Origin: an uncultured Methanomicrobiaceae archaeon
Lineage (GTDB): Archaea > Halobacteriota > Methanomicrobia > Methanomicrobiales > Methanoculleaceae
Assembly: GCA_963826525.1 (NCBI GenBank)
Contig: CAWGXH010000003.1
Span: 576,001 to 640,000 of the forward strand
Direction: 5' to 3'
DNA length: 64,000 nucleotides
Positions 21,584-32,528 of the stretch are shown piece after piece; the first letter of the stretch is position 1; every line of letters starts with the position of its first letter. Both the position numbers and the translations under genes were made by a program. The notes beneath the pieces were generated by a model that did no database searches, was not told where the DNA came from, and was given only the letters and a program-made list of their open reading frames with translations.

Positions 21584-23231
21584 TCACCACTCGCCCCGTG
21601 CGATCGGCATCCTCCAGCCGGTCCCGAATGCACGGTCGGTCACCTTCAGCCCCGGCGGAGCCTGCTTCCGCTTGAACTCGGCAGTCCTGACCATGCGGAG
21701 CACCGTGCGGACGAGGGCTTCCGGAAACCCCGCTTCGATGATCTCGGCCGCCGACTCGTGAAGGTCGATGTGGCGGAAGAGGATGGCGTCGAGGATCTCG
21801 TAGGGCGGCAGGGTATCCCGGTCGGTCTGGCCGGGGCGGAGCTCCGCCGAGGGCTCCTTTTCGATGATCGCCTCGGGGATGACGGGGCGGCCTTCGCGCT
21901 CGCTTAGCCAGCAGGCGATACGGTAGACCATCCCCTTCGGCACGTCGGCTATCACCGCAAGGCCGCCGGCCATATCGCCGTAGATGGTGGTGTACCCCAC
22001 CGAGATCTCGGATTTGTTCCCGGTGGAGAGGAGCAGGGAGCCGAATTTGTTGGCGATGCCCATCAGGATCACCGCCCGGATCCGTGCCTGCATATTCTCC
22101 TCGGTGATGTCCGGGGGAAGACCGGCGAAGACATCCGCCAGAATATCGTCGAACGCCACCATCGGCTCCCGGATGGGGAGGAGGGCGGTGCGGATCCCGA
22201 GGTTCGCCGCCAGCGCCTTCGCATCCTCGATGCTCCCGCCGCTCGAGTAGGGCGAGGGCATCATGACGCCGAGGACGTTCTCCGCCCCCACCGCTTCGGC
22301 GGCGACGGCGGCCACCAGGGACGAGTCGATGCCGCCCGAGAGCCCGAGGTGGACGGAGGTAAACCCGGTCTTCCTGGCATAGTCCCGGGTGCCGAGCACC
22401 AGCGCCCGCCAGATCTCCGATTCGGGTGCGAAATCGTCGGCGGCGATAGCGCCCGGGGCAGGACGGGCGAGATCGACCGTCGCCAGATCCTCGGCGAACC
22501 CCGCCGCCCGTGCGATCAGCCTTCCGGAGGCGTCGAATGCGGAGTCTCCTGCCGTCGAAGACCAGATCGTCGTTGCCGCCGACCTGGTTGACGTACACCA
22601 GGGGGATGCTGTTTTCCCTCGCGATACGGGAGAGCATCCTCTCCCTGACCGCCTGCTTTCCAGCGGTGAACGGCGAGGCGGATATGTTGACGATACACTC
22701 CGCCCCGGCGGTGGCGAGCTCGGCGATGGGGTCGGTATGGTAGCGCCGCCGGTTCCTGAAGTCACGGTTGTTCCAGATATCCTCGCAGATCGAGATACCG
22801 AGCCGCCGGTCGCCGAGCCTGAGGATCTGCGCTCCCCGGGCGGGCTCGAAGTAGCGGTCTTCGTCGAAGACGTCGTAGGTCGGAAGCAGCGTCTTGTGAA
22901 ATGTCTCGCGGACCCTGCCGCCGTGCAGGAGGGCAGCCGCATTAAATAAAGGACGGCCGGCGGCCTCCGGGTTCTGCTCCGGGAAGCCGACCAGGACCGG
23001 CGGAGCGTCGGCGAGCCGCTCGGCAAGCCCGTCCAGCACCTCGCAGGCCCGTGCCACGAACCGGTCTACCAGGAGGAGGTCGCGGGGGGGATACCCGGAG
23101 AGCGCGAGCTCCGGGGTGACGATGAGATCGGGTCTCTGCACGCACGCTTTCCGGACGGCCGCTTCGATCCTCTCGGCGTTGCCGTCGAGATCGCCGACGG
23201 TCGTGTTGATCTGGAGAAGTGTCAGTCTCAT
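21584..23231 (-). CDS. nadE: Glutamine-dependent NAD+ synthetase, frame break near 22547
   Basis: Nitrilase domain (PELALSGYPP, K..LPTYDVFDE, ICEDIW) plus LSGGIDS, ENMQARIR, TGNKSE, PSAELRPGQTD, EFKRKQ. Confidence 0.95.
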
Positions 23232-23526
23232 GGAGGCTCTGGCTCCCGTGAGGATACCGGAGACGGGGTATCCTCGCTGTACTGATCGATGTCTCGGGGA
23301 GACTGCTTATGCCTTTGCATCTCTCGGGCGGGAGCGTCCGGCCGTTCCTCTCTGCGCGGGATGGTGCCCGCGCCTGAGGTGGAGCCGTGCCGGGACGCGA
23401 TAGTGGCCCAAAGTCGCTCTGGTGCCGTGAATTTGGTTTTCCCGCCGGTGATATGACTATATACGAGCCACACCGAGATCGTACGCGAGAAGGCGAAGAG
23501 CAGTTGTTTAGCCCGGAGTCACGACT

Positions 23527-25514
23527 ATGGATCTTGATATTCTCACCCTCGTAACGGCCATCCTCTTAGTATCCATCTCCGTACTCTTCGTCTGCCAGCG
23601 GTTCAACATCCCGAGCATCGTCGGTTTTCTCCTCATCGGAATGGTGTCGGGACCTTTCGGGCTCGGCCTGATCAGCGATATCGAACAGGTCCAGGTGCTG
23701 GCGGAAGGCGGCATCATCCTCCTGCTCTTCACCATCGGCCTTGAGTTCTCCTTTGAAAAGCTCCTCAAAAGCCAGACGGACGATTGTGGTCGGCGGCCTC
23801 CTCCAGGTCCTGATCACCATCGGCGTCGTTGCGGTCGGCTCGTCGGTTCTGGGCCTCTCCTCGGGTGAATCGGTCTTCCTCGGGTTCCTCGTCGCACTCT
23901 CGAGCACCGCCATCGTCATGAAGGTCTTCCAGGAGCGGGGCGAGCTCGAGAGCCTTCCCGGGCAGGGCGGCCCTCGGGATTCTGATCTTCCAGGACCTCG
24001 TCATCATCCCGATGATGCTCGTAACCCCGTTCCTCGCAGGAGCCGGAGCCGCCGACTCCGGAGGGCTTCTGCAGATGGCGGTCTACGGCGTGCTCGTCCT
24101 TCTGGTGATCTTCGTCGGCGCCCGCCGGTTCGTCCCGAAGGTTCTCTTCCATGCCGCCCGCCGGTCGAGCCGCGAGCTCTTCCTCTTTACCGTGGCGGCG
24201 ACGGTCTTCTCGATCGCCTGGCTCACCTCGAGCGCCGGCCTCTCGCTCGCCCTCGGTGCGTTCTTCGCAGGACTGATCGTCGGCGAGTCGGAGTACCACA
24301 TCGAGGCGCTGAGCAGCATCGTCCCGTTCCGCGACGTGCTGACGGGGCTCTTCTTCATCTCAATCGGAATGCTGCTCAATACCGTTCAGGTGCTCACCCA
24401 TCCTGTCGAGGTGCTGCTCGTCGTCGCGGCCATCTTCGGCGTCAAAGCACTCTGCACCTCGCTCTCGGCGATCGTCCTCGGCCTTCCGATGCGGGCGGTG
24501 GTCGTGGTGGGCCTTGCACTCAGCCAGATCGGGGAGTTCTCGTTCATCCTCGCCGAGACCGGTATTCAGGCCGGCGTCATCGGCAGCCGGATCCACCAGG
24601 TCTTCCTTGCTGCTGCCATCATCACCATGACGGCGACACCGTTCCTGATCGGCGCCGCCCCGTGGGTAGGGGACATGCTGCAGGAGCGGGTTCCCGGTGC
24701 ACTCCGCGCCGGGAAACCGCATGCCGAACCGGAGCAGAAACGGCGGTCCGACCACCTGGTCCTCGTGGGCTTCGGCCTGACCGGGCGGAGCGTCGCCCAG
24801 GCGGCGAGTGTTGCCGGTATACCCTACACCGTCATCGAGTGCAATCCGGCCACGGTTCGGGAGGAGAAACTCCGTAATGTCGATATCCTCTACGGCGACG
24901 CTACGAGCCGCGAGGTTCTCGAGCATGCCGATCTCGGGCAGGCACGCGTGCTGGTCGTGGCCGTCTCCGACCGGTCGGCGATCGGCAGGGTGATCCGCAC
25001 CGCACGGGTGCTGAACCCGTCGATCTACGTCATCGCCAGGACCCGGTTCATGGCCGAGGTGACGCCGCTGATCGATCTCGGTGCCGATGAGGTGATCAGC
25101 GAGGAGTACGAGACCTCCATCGAGATCTTCGCCCGGGTGCTCGCCAAGTACTTCATCCCCCACGACGAGATCGAGCATCTCGTCGCAGAACTCCGGGGGA
25201 GCGGATACAAGATGCTTCGCCGCCCGTCCTCCTTCGAGCGGTCGCTCGACGACCTGAAGATCTGCGCTCCCGAACTCGCCATCTACACCGTCCGGGTCGC
25301 GCCGGGTTCCGTGATGGCGGGAAAGACCCTCGCCGAACTGAACCTGCGGCGAAACTACGGCGTGACCGTTCTTGTCATTCGCAGGGAGAGCAATGTGGTC
25401 GCCATACCCGGAGGAGAGGTTCCCATTGGCGAGGGCGACCTGCTCGTCATTCTTGCATCGGCAGGCGCCATGGACGCGATCGTCCCGCTCTTCAGGCCGT
25501 CTCCGGGGACGTGA
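23527..25514 (+). CDS. CPA2/Kef-type cation:proton antiporter with TrkA-N and TrkA-C domains, frame breaks near 23770 and 23960
   Basis: LLLFTIGLEFS, ALSSTAIV, FQDL, QIGEFSFIL, GFGLTG, YGDAT, GKTLAELNLR. Confidence 0.92.
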
Positions 25515-25640
25515 CCGATAAGACTCCGCCCGCCCGTTCTCGCCGTTGACCGCACTCTGTTTGAGGATGACGCGGAAAGAACTGCTTTAAACCTCGCATT
25601 CTGCCGGGATCGGGTTTTCCCACCTCATTTTTTGGTATCG

Positions 25641-25695
25641 TCAGATAATTATATATGTTTCTGATACCACGCTGTGGGCGGTCACCGGTTTGACC
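25641..25695 (+). promoter_or_regulatory. TATA element flanked by imperfect inverted repeats upstream of the HdrC/B-like gene
   Basis: TCAGA-taattatatatgtt-TCTGA and GGTCA-ccggtt-TGACC. Confidence 0.4.
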
Positions 25696-25841
25696 AAAGG
25701 GGGGGTACTATACCGCAGATTCATTCTTCGAAGCTGGTTGAAATGCCGGGCATCCGCGGCATCGATACGAAAGATAGGCACTACCGCATCCGGTGCAGGT
25801 TCCGCTCCTGCAGGCAACCGTCTCCGGCAGCATGATGGGTT

Positions 25842-27291
25842 ATGCTTGGCGATATCCTGCCTGCTCCCGATCTCCTCCGCCTTCGCGATGCCGTCGACCG
25901 CGGTTTTACCGAGCACCTTCTGCAGCACCGCGACCCAAGGCTTGCCAATTACCGGGCATGCAACTCCTGCGGTGCCTGCACGCCTTTCTGTCCCGCCCTG
26001 TATAACAGCCGTGCAGAACCCGGAAAACCCCTCTTTCTCCCGAGGATGGTGCCGAAAGCACTTCAGGCCGGAAAGAATCCCGACCTCGATCTGCACGACT
26101 GCATCCAGTGCTCTACCTGCGAGGTTCTCTGCCCGAACGGGATCAGCGTCGGGGGTATCGTCAATGCGTTCTACGAAGAGCGGCAGGAGCGGTCGTTCTT
26201 TCGGAGTATGCTCCGCACATGGGGTCAGCTGCCCGCATGGGCGTTCCTCCCGATCTATATGGAGCGGGGAAAGATCGGGCCGTTTGTCAGAAAGACCATG
26301 ACCAACCAGCACTCGGTGCATCCCCGGGCAATAGGGGAGGTAAGCGAGCTCCTCGGCAAGCCTTGCTCAACATCGTCGTTCTCTCCGAACATGTCGGCGG
26401 TGAGCGCAGCCTCCCGCAGGCAGGATCGATACGGTCTTCCACCTCAGATCCTGCTGCGCGTTCAACTTCCCGGGCGCCGATCGCGCTCAAAAGGGCATCT
26501 TCGAGGCGCTCGGCATCGGGTACGTCACCTCGGACGAGCAGACCTGCTGCGGCGGCGCGCCCTACTACATGGGCGGGGTGAGCTACGCCGCAAAAGCGCT
26601 CCTGACCGCACGGAACCTCACGGTCATCCACGACGCCCTGGAGGGCGGTGCCGAGGCGTATATCACCGGCATCTGCCCGACCTGCAGCGACTCGTACACC
26701 GGATGCCTCGATATCCTCGCCGATCGCGGCAACCGGGAGGTCATGAACGGTTCTCTCCGTGATATCGACCGGAGGATCGACCCCGGGATGCAGTTCCGGG
26801 TTGCGAACATCCTCGATCTCCTGCCGCCGTACCAGAGCGACCTGTCATCGCTGATCGAGGTGCCCTTCTCCGGTCTCTCCGCCGGCGTGCACGTCAGCTG
26901 CCACTATAAGAAACTCTCCGGCAGTATCCGGCAGTCCGGGAAGCTCTCCGATCTGGTCGGGATAACCGGTGCGAAGGTTGTGCGGAGCGATATGGAGAAC
27001 TACTGCTGCGGCGGCGTCAAGAACCTCTTCGACCGGTACCTCGGCGGTGAGAAGAGTATCCTCCCGGAGCTGAACCGGGCGGTCAAACGCGATGTGGGCG
27101 AGCGGGGGATCGACCTCATGATCGTCGACTGCCCCGGCTGCGAACTCGTCTACGATCATATGGGCGTGCCGGTTCTGCACCTTGCCGAATTCCTCGCGCT
27201 CGCGATGGGTGCCGACCCGGAAGAGACGGTCTGTCTGCAGCATCATATCACGCCGGTACTGCCGGTGCTGCAGAAGGCCGATATCCTGTAG
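25842..27291 (+). CDS. HdrC-like 2x[4Fe-4S] domain fused to HdrB-like CCG domains, frame break(s) near 26360-26420
   Basis: CNSCGACTPFCP and CIQCSTCEVLCP; then RSCC, QTCCGG, CPTC, HVSCH, YCCGG, DCPGC, PVLHLAEFLALAMG. Confidence 0.8.
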
Positions 27292-27455
27292 ACGGATTTT
27301 TCCTTCCGTTTCGGCGATTTTTACCGACAGAGCCGAATCCGGTCAGACGGCCCTGCTGCCTGAAGAGAATCCCGGTTGCGCAGCCCGTGGCAATAACCAC
27401 AGCACTTTTTAGCAATGAGGATTATGCCTCTTCCCGAGGAAGCCCTGGTATCCCT

Positions 27456-29630
27456 ATGGCGCCGGAGATGACAGACCGAGACGAGACGGAGATCCCGACG
27501 TTCGGGATGTTCAAAGGCGTGCTGGTACCCACGCTCCTGACGATCCTCGGGGTTATCATGTACCTGCGCCTCGGCTGGGTCGTCGGAAACGTCGGCCTGC
27601 TCGGCGCCTGGTCGATCATCCTCATCGCGTTCGGGATCACAACCGCCACGGCGCTCTCGATGTCGTCGATCGTCAGCAACGTCCGGATCGGTGCGGGAGG
27701 AGCGTATGCGATCATCTCGCGGTCGCTCGGGCTTGAGATCGGCGGCAGCGTCGGGGTGCCGCTCTACCTCTCGCTCGCCCTCTCGATGGCGCTGTATATC
27801 TTCGGGTTCCGGGAGGGGCTGCAGTATCTCTTTCCGCAGACATCGGCGCTCGTCATCGATTTTGCCGTTTTTGCGATCCTCTTCGTCATCGTCTTCGTCA
27901 GCACCGACGTTGCGTTCCGCATCCAGTACGTGATCCTCGCCGTCATCATCGCCTCGCTCATCTCGGTCTTCGCCGCCGGGCTGCTTGCGCCGCCGCCGCT
28001 GACGTTCACCGAGCCCGCCCCTCCCCTCTCCTACTGGGTCGTCTTTGCCGTCTTCTTCCCGGCGGCGACAGGGATCATGGCAGGCGTGAACATCTCGGGA
28101 GAGCTGAAAGATCCGCGGCGGAGCATCCCGGTGGGAACGCTCGCGGCGATCGCCGTCAGCCTCGCCGTGTACCTCGGGCTTGCCTTCTGGCTGGCCGGTT
28201 CCGCGACACCGGAAGCCCTGGTATCCGACTTCACCATCCTGATCCAGACGTCGGCGTTCGGCCTGCTCGTCCTGGCCGGGCTCCTCGCCGCGACCTTCTC
28301 CTCCGCCTTAAACTCGCTCGTCGGGGCTTCCCGCGTCCTCCAGGCCATGGGAGAGCACAACATCCTTCCCGGGAGCAGATGGATCACCCGGCGCTCTGCC
28401 GGCGGGGTTCCGAGAAATGCCCTCCTGCTGACCGGGCTGATCGTGGTTCTGGGGCTCCTGCTCCGCGACCTCAACGCGATCGCCCCGCTGATCACGCTGT
28501 TCTTCCTGATCACCTACGCTATGATCAATATCGTCATCCTGGTGGAGCAGAACCTGGGCCTGGTGAGTTTCCGCCCGCGCCTTACCATCCCGCGTGCCGT
28601 TCCGCTCGCCGGAACAGCCGGCTGCCTCTTTGCTATGTTCATCATCAACCCGCTCTTCAGCCTCTTTGCGATCATCCTGGTAGGAGCCTTTTACTACATC
28701 CTGATGCAGCGCCATCTGAACGGCACGACGCCATATGGCGACGTCAGGAGCAGCCTCTTCGTGGCACTGGCGGAATGGGCGGCAAAAAAGGCACAGACGC
28801 TCCCCGCATCCCAGGAACGGGCGTGGATGCCGAACCTGCTCGTCCCGGTCGACAATTCGGCGGAACTACGGGGAACCTCGGAGTTTATCCGCGACATAGC
28901 CTATCCCGGCGGCTCGGTCGGTATCCTCGGGGTGGACCATGGGCGCCAGGAGCTGCGCCTCGAGATGCATATCCCGTACCTTGCAGAAGACTTCCGGAGG
29001 GACGGCATCTTTACGACCTGGACGGTCGTCCGGGCTCCGACGTTTGCCGACGGGGTGGTGATCAGCATGCAGGCGCTCAAAAGGACAATATTCCCGCCGA
29101 ACATCGTCTTCCTCCGGATGCCGGGATCACCGGAGCGGGAGGGGGAGACCGCGACGATCATCCGGAGAGCCGCCGAGAGCCGGATGGGTGCCGTCCTCTA
29201 CGCCGCCCATCCGAAGGCCGGGCTCGGGCGCCGCAGGAGGATCAACCTCTGGATGCCGGAGGCGTGCATGGAGTGGACGCCCGGAACGGTACTGCCGAAC
29301 TGCGACCTTGCCATCCTGCTCGCCTACAAACTCGTGATCAACTGGAACGCAGCCGTCACCATCATCGCGGCGGTCGAAGACCCCGGGAGAGTCTCCGCCG
29401 TGCGTGAGAGCCTTTCGGCGCTTCTGGAGCAGGCACGCATCCCGCACGCCGAACTGCTGGTGGTGAACGACCGGTTTGACGACTACCTCGGCAGCGAACC
29501 GCAGGCGGATCTGAATATCTTCAGCCTCTCACCGGAGCCTGATTTTACAGCGATCCGGACGATCGTGGAGAGGACCCGTTCCACCTGCCTTTTCTGCCGC
29601 GATTCGACGAGCGAGAGCGCGTTGGTATGA
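27456..29630 (+). CDS. Cation-chloride cotransporter-like (SLC12/APC) permease
   Basis: GVLVPTLLTILGVIMYLRLGWVVG, GGAYAIISRSLGLEIGGSVG, FFPAATGIMAG..SGELKDP; cytoplasmic C-terminal domain. Confidence 0.9.
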   Translation: MAPEMTDRDETEIPTFGMFKGVLVPTLLTILGVIMYLRLGWVVGNVGLLGAWSIILIAFGITTATALSMSSIVSNVRIGAGGAYAIISRSLGLEIGGSVGVPLYLSLALSMALYIFGFREGLQYLFPQTSALVIDFAVFAILFVIVFVSTDVAFRIQYVILAVIIASLISVFAAGLLAPPPLTFTEPAPPLSYWVVFAVFFPAATGIMAGVNISGELKDPRRSIPVGTLAAIAVSLAVYLGLAFWLAGSATPEALVSDFTILIQTSAFGLLVLAGLLAATFSSALNSLVGASRVLQAMGEHNILPGSRWITRRSAGGVPRNALLLTGLIVVLGLLLRDLNAIAPLITLFFLITYAMINIVILVEQNLGLVSFRPRLTIPRAVPLAGTAGCLFAMFIINPLFSLFAIILVGAFYYILMQRHLNGTTPYGDVRSSLFVALAEWAAKKAQTLPASQERAWMPNLLVPVDNSAELRGTSEFIRDIAYPGGSVGILGVDHGRQELRLEMHIPYLAEDFRRDGIFTTWTVVRAPTFADGVVISMQALKRTIFPPNIVFLRMPGSPEREGETATIIRRAAESRMGAVLYAAHPKAGLGRRRRINLWMPEACMEWTPGTVLPNCDLAILLAYKLVINWNAAVTIIAAVEDPGRVSAVRESLSALLEQARIPHAELLVVNDRFDDYLGSEPQADLNIFSLSPEPDFTAIRTIVERTRSTCLFCRDSTSESALV

Positions 29631-29641
29631 CGCCGCCCGGC

Positions 29642-29827
29642 TCACAGCAGGAAAGCCCAGGCAGAGTAGGAGACGATCACCATCACGACGATGACCACGA
29701 CGAAGACCTTGTACAGACAGCGGGTGCAGATACCGAGTACTCCGCTGCATTCCTCGCAGCAGGGTTCCGAACAGATCTTGCAGGTCGATGAAGCTTCGTT
29801 ATCGGGGTGACGCGAGCATGATGCCAT
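29642..29827 (-). CDS. Small B-box-like zinc-finger protein with C-terminal TM helix
   Basis: CSRHP..CKIC..CCEEC..CTRC followed by a hydrophobic helix. Confidence 0.7.
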   Translation of the reverse strand: MASCSRHPDNEASSTCKICSEPCCEECSGVLGICTRCLYKVFVVVIVVMVIVSYSAWAFLL

Positions 29828-30153
29828 TGCTGATTGTTGGACCGGGGGATGCTATGAATCTATTGAATGAACCGCGCATCTCCACCTCCTGCACTGCAAA
29901 CTGCTCGCAAACGGGAACGAACGGTCATCCGCCGGTACATGAGTGCCGGAGAAGTGTATCGCGGATCTCTCCCGGGAGGCAGTAGATCCCGGAAAAGGCG
30001 TGACAGCCCCGGAGATTCCCTGCAGGAACTGCAATTATTCCGGTAAACACCCTGCGCGCCTGATAACCATAATTCTCTTATCGGATGCAATATTATTTAA
30101 TTACAGCAATATAACTAGGTGAATAATTGAAATACGGGGGGTTAGCCGATACC

Positions 30154-32528
30154 GTGAACAATACTGATAATCTTGCTTTCGATCCTCTGCAGGCCTTCTC
30201 CATCCCTGGTGAGCCGAGCATCGGCATCCTCGTGCTGGACCGTGACCGGAACGTGCTCTGGTGCAACGATGCCGTGCAGGAGATCATCGGAATTCCTCCC
30301 GATGCCGCCGTCGGCATGAATGCCGTGCAGATCATCGACACCTACCTGCTGCCGCGATTGCAGGACCCTTCATGTGCTCACTGCCTGCGAAACCTTCTCC
30401 ACGCCGAGACGGCGCCCCCGCCGTGCGGGTGCCTGATCCGTACGGATTCCGGCGAAACCTGCCTCCTCTCGTGCTCCTGCCAGTACATCGCGACCGGACC
30501 GTTTCAGGATATGATCGTCATCCGGTTCCGGGATATATGCCGGCCGGAGAGACTTGCCGGGGCTTATGCTCAGCAGAGCCATCTCACGCTTCTCGCCGAG
30601 ATGTCCCAACTCTTCGAGACCGCCGGCCTCTCTCCGGGCGAGATATTCACGGCGATCGCCGGGCTGCTGCCGCTCGCTCTCCACTATCCCGACCAGGCAT
30701 ACGCCAGAGTGGTGATCGACGATACGGTGTACAGGCCGGGACGTTCCTGAAACACCCTCTCGACTGACGGCCGATCTCATCATTCACGGCAGCCGGCATG
30801 GGATGGTCGAGGTAGGCTACACCACGCGACCTTCCGAAAGGGAGGGTGAGGCATTCAGCCGGGAAGAGTCGGTCTTCCTGCACCTGGTTGCCGGGATGAT
30901 CGGGCGGGCGCTCGGTCGGCTGCAGGCCGAAGAGGCGCTCGAACGGCAGGCTGCCCTGCTCGATCTCACGCACGATGCCGTTACCGTCTGGGGCATGGAT
31001 GGGCGTATCACCTTCTGGAACCGGGCTGCCGAAGAGGAGTATGGCTGGAGCGGCGACGAAGCACTGGGGCAGGTGACGCACGATCTCCTACAGACGCATT
31101 TTCCGGCCTCGCTTGAATCCAGTATCGCCGAACTCGTCCGTACGGGACACTGGGAGGGTGAACTGGTAAAGTTCCGCCGCGACGGATCACGCGCCGTCGT
31201 TGCGAGCAGATGGGCGCTCCAGCGAGGGAGCGATGGAAAACCGGTCTCAATCCTCGAGATCAATAGCGACATCACCGGAAGAAAGTGTGCAGAAGCGGAG
31301 ATACGGATGCGGAATAGCCATCTCGCCGTACTCAATCAGATCATCACGGTCTCAGCCTCGGCACTCTCGTTCGACGAGCTTATGGAGGCGTCGCTCTCAA
31401 AGACCATGGAACTCCTGGACTTCGATCTCGGCGTTGTGTACCTGCTCGACAGCGATCGCACCCGGGCGCTCCCAAAATATCGCCGGGGAACGCCTGCATC
31501 CCTGCACCATCGCCAGCGCTTTGTCAGTATCCACAACTGGCCGTATAACTTCGTCTTCATCGCCGGCCAGGCACGATACTTCGAGCAGGAGGAGAATCCG
31601 GGCTTGATGGAGGCGGAGCTCCTCCACGATTACGGCGTCAGTGCTCTTGCCGCCATCCCGCTCGTTGCCGAGTCGGTCGTCGTCGGGGCGATCTTTGTCG
31701 GGAGCAGAGAGAAGACATCGCTCTCACTCTCCGAAAAGAGCCTGCTCGAAGCGATAGGCAAGGAGATTGGTGCCGGTGTACTGCGGAGCATGCTGCACAG
31801 AAAACTTGAGGTCGCAAACCGCGAGGCGAATCTCTATCTTGATATTCTGACCCACGACATCAGGAACGCCGAGAACGTCGCCAGCCTGTACTCCGATCTC
31901 CTCTTCGAGATGCTCGACGGTGTCGCTGCCGAGTACGTCGACAAGGTGCGGGCGAGCATCATGAAGGGAACCGAGATGATCAAGTTTGTCTCGACGATCA
32001 GGAATATACATCAGGAACCGATTCTCCTCCGCCCGATCCACCTCGACTCCGTCATCAGGGATGAACTCCGGGATACTCCGAACGTTACGCTCACCTCCTG
32101 CGAGTCGGTTCCCGAGGTCTGGGCGGACGAGTTCGTCGGGGAGACTTTTAAAAAGTCTCATTGGAAACAGCTTGAAATTCGCCGGCCCCGACGCTGCGAT
32201 CGTCGTGAGGGTGGAGGAGTCTTCGGACGAAGTTATCGTCTCGGTGGAGGATTTCGGGCCGGGCGTGCCGGATGACGCGAAAGAAAAGATATTTTACCGG
32301 TTTGAACCGGAGAAGAGCCAGGGTACCGGCACGGGTCTTGAGCTCTACGTTGCGCGGTTGATCGTCGAGCGTTACGACGGTCGAATCTGGGTGGAAGACC
32401 GGGTCGAAGGGTGTCCCGAGCTCGGGGCGGCATTTAAGTTCACGATGAGGACCGTCCTTCCGGAGGACCTGAACCTGCCGGGGTATGAAGAAACCCTGCA
32501 CCGAGGAGCAGAATCCCGTGATGTATGA
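30154..32528 (+). CDS. PAS/GAF sensor histidine kinase (paralogue of 13977-16457), frame breaks near 30745 and 32150
   Basis: LEVANREANLYLDILTHDIRN, LIGNSLKF, EDFGPGV, GTGLEL, IWVEDRV. Confidence 0.9.
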
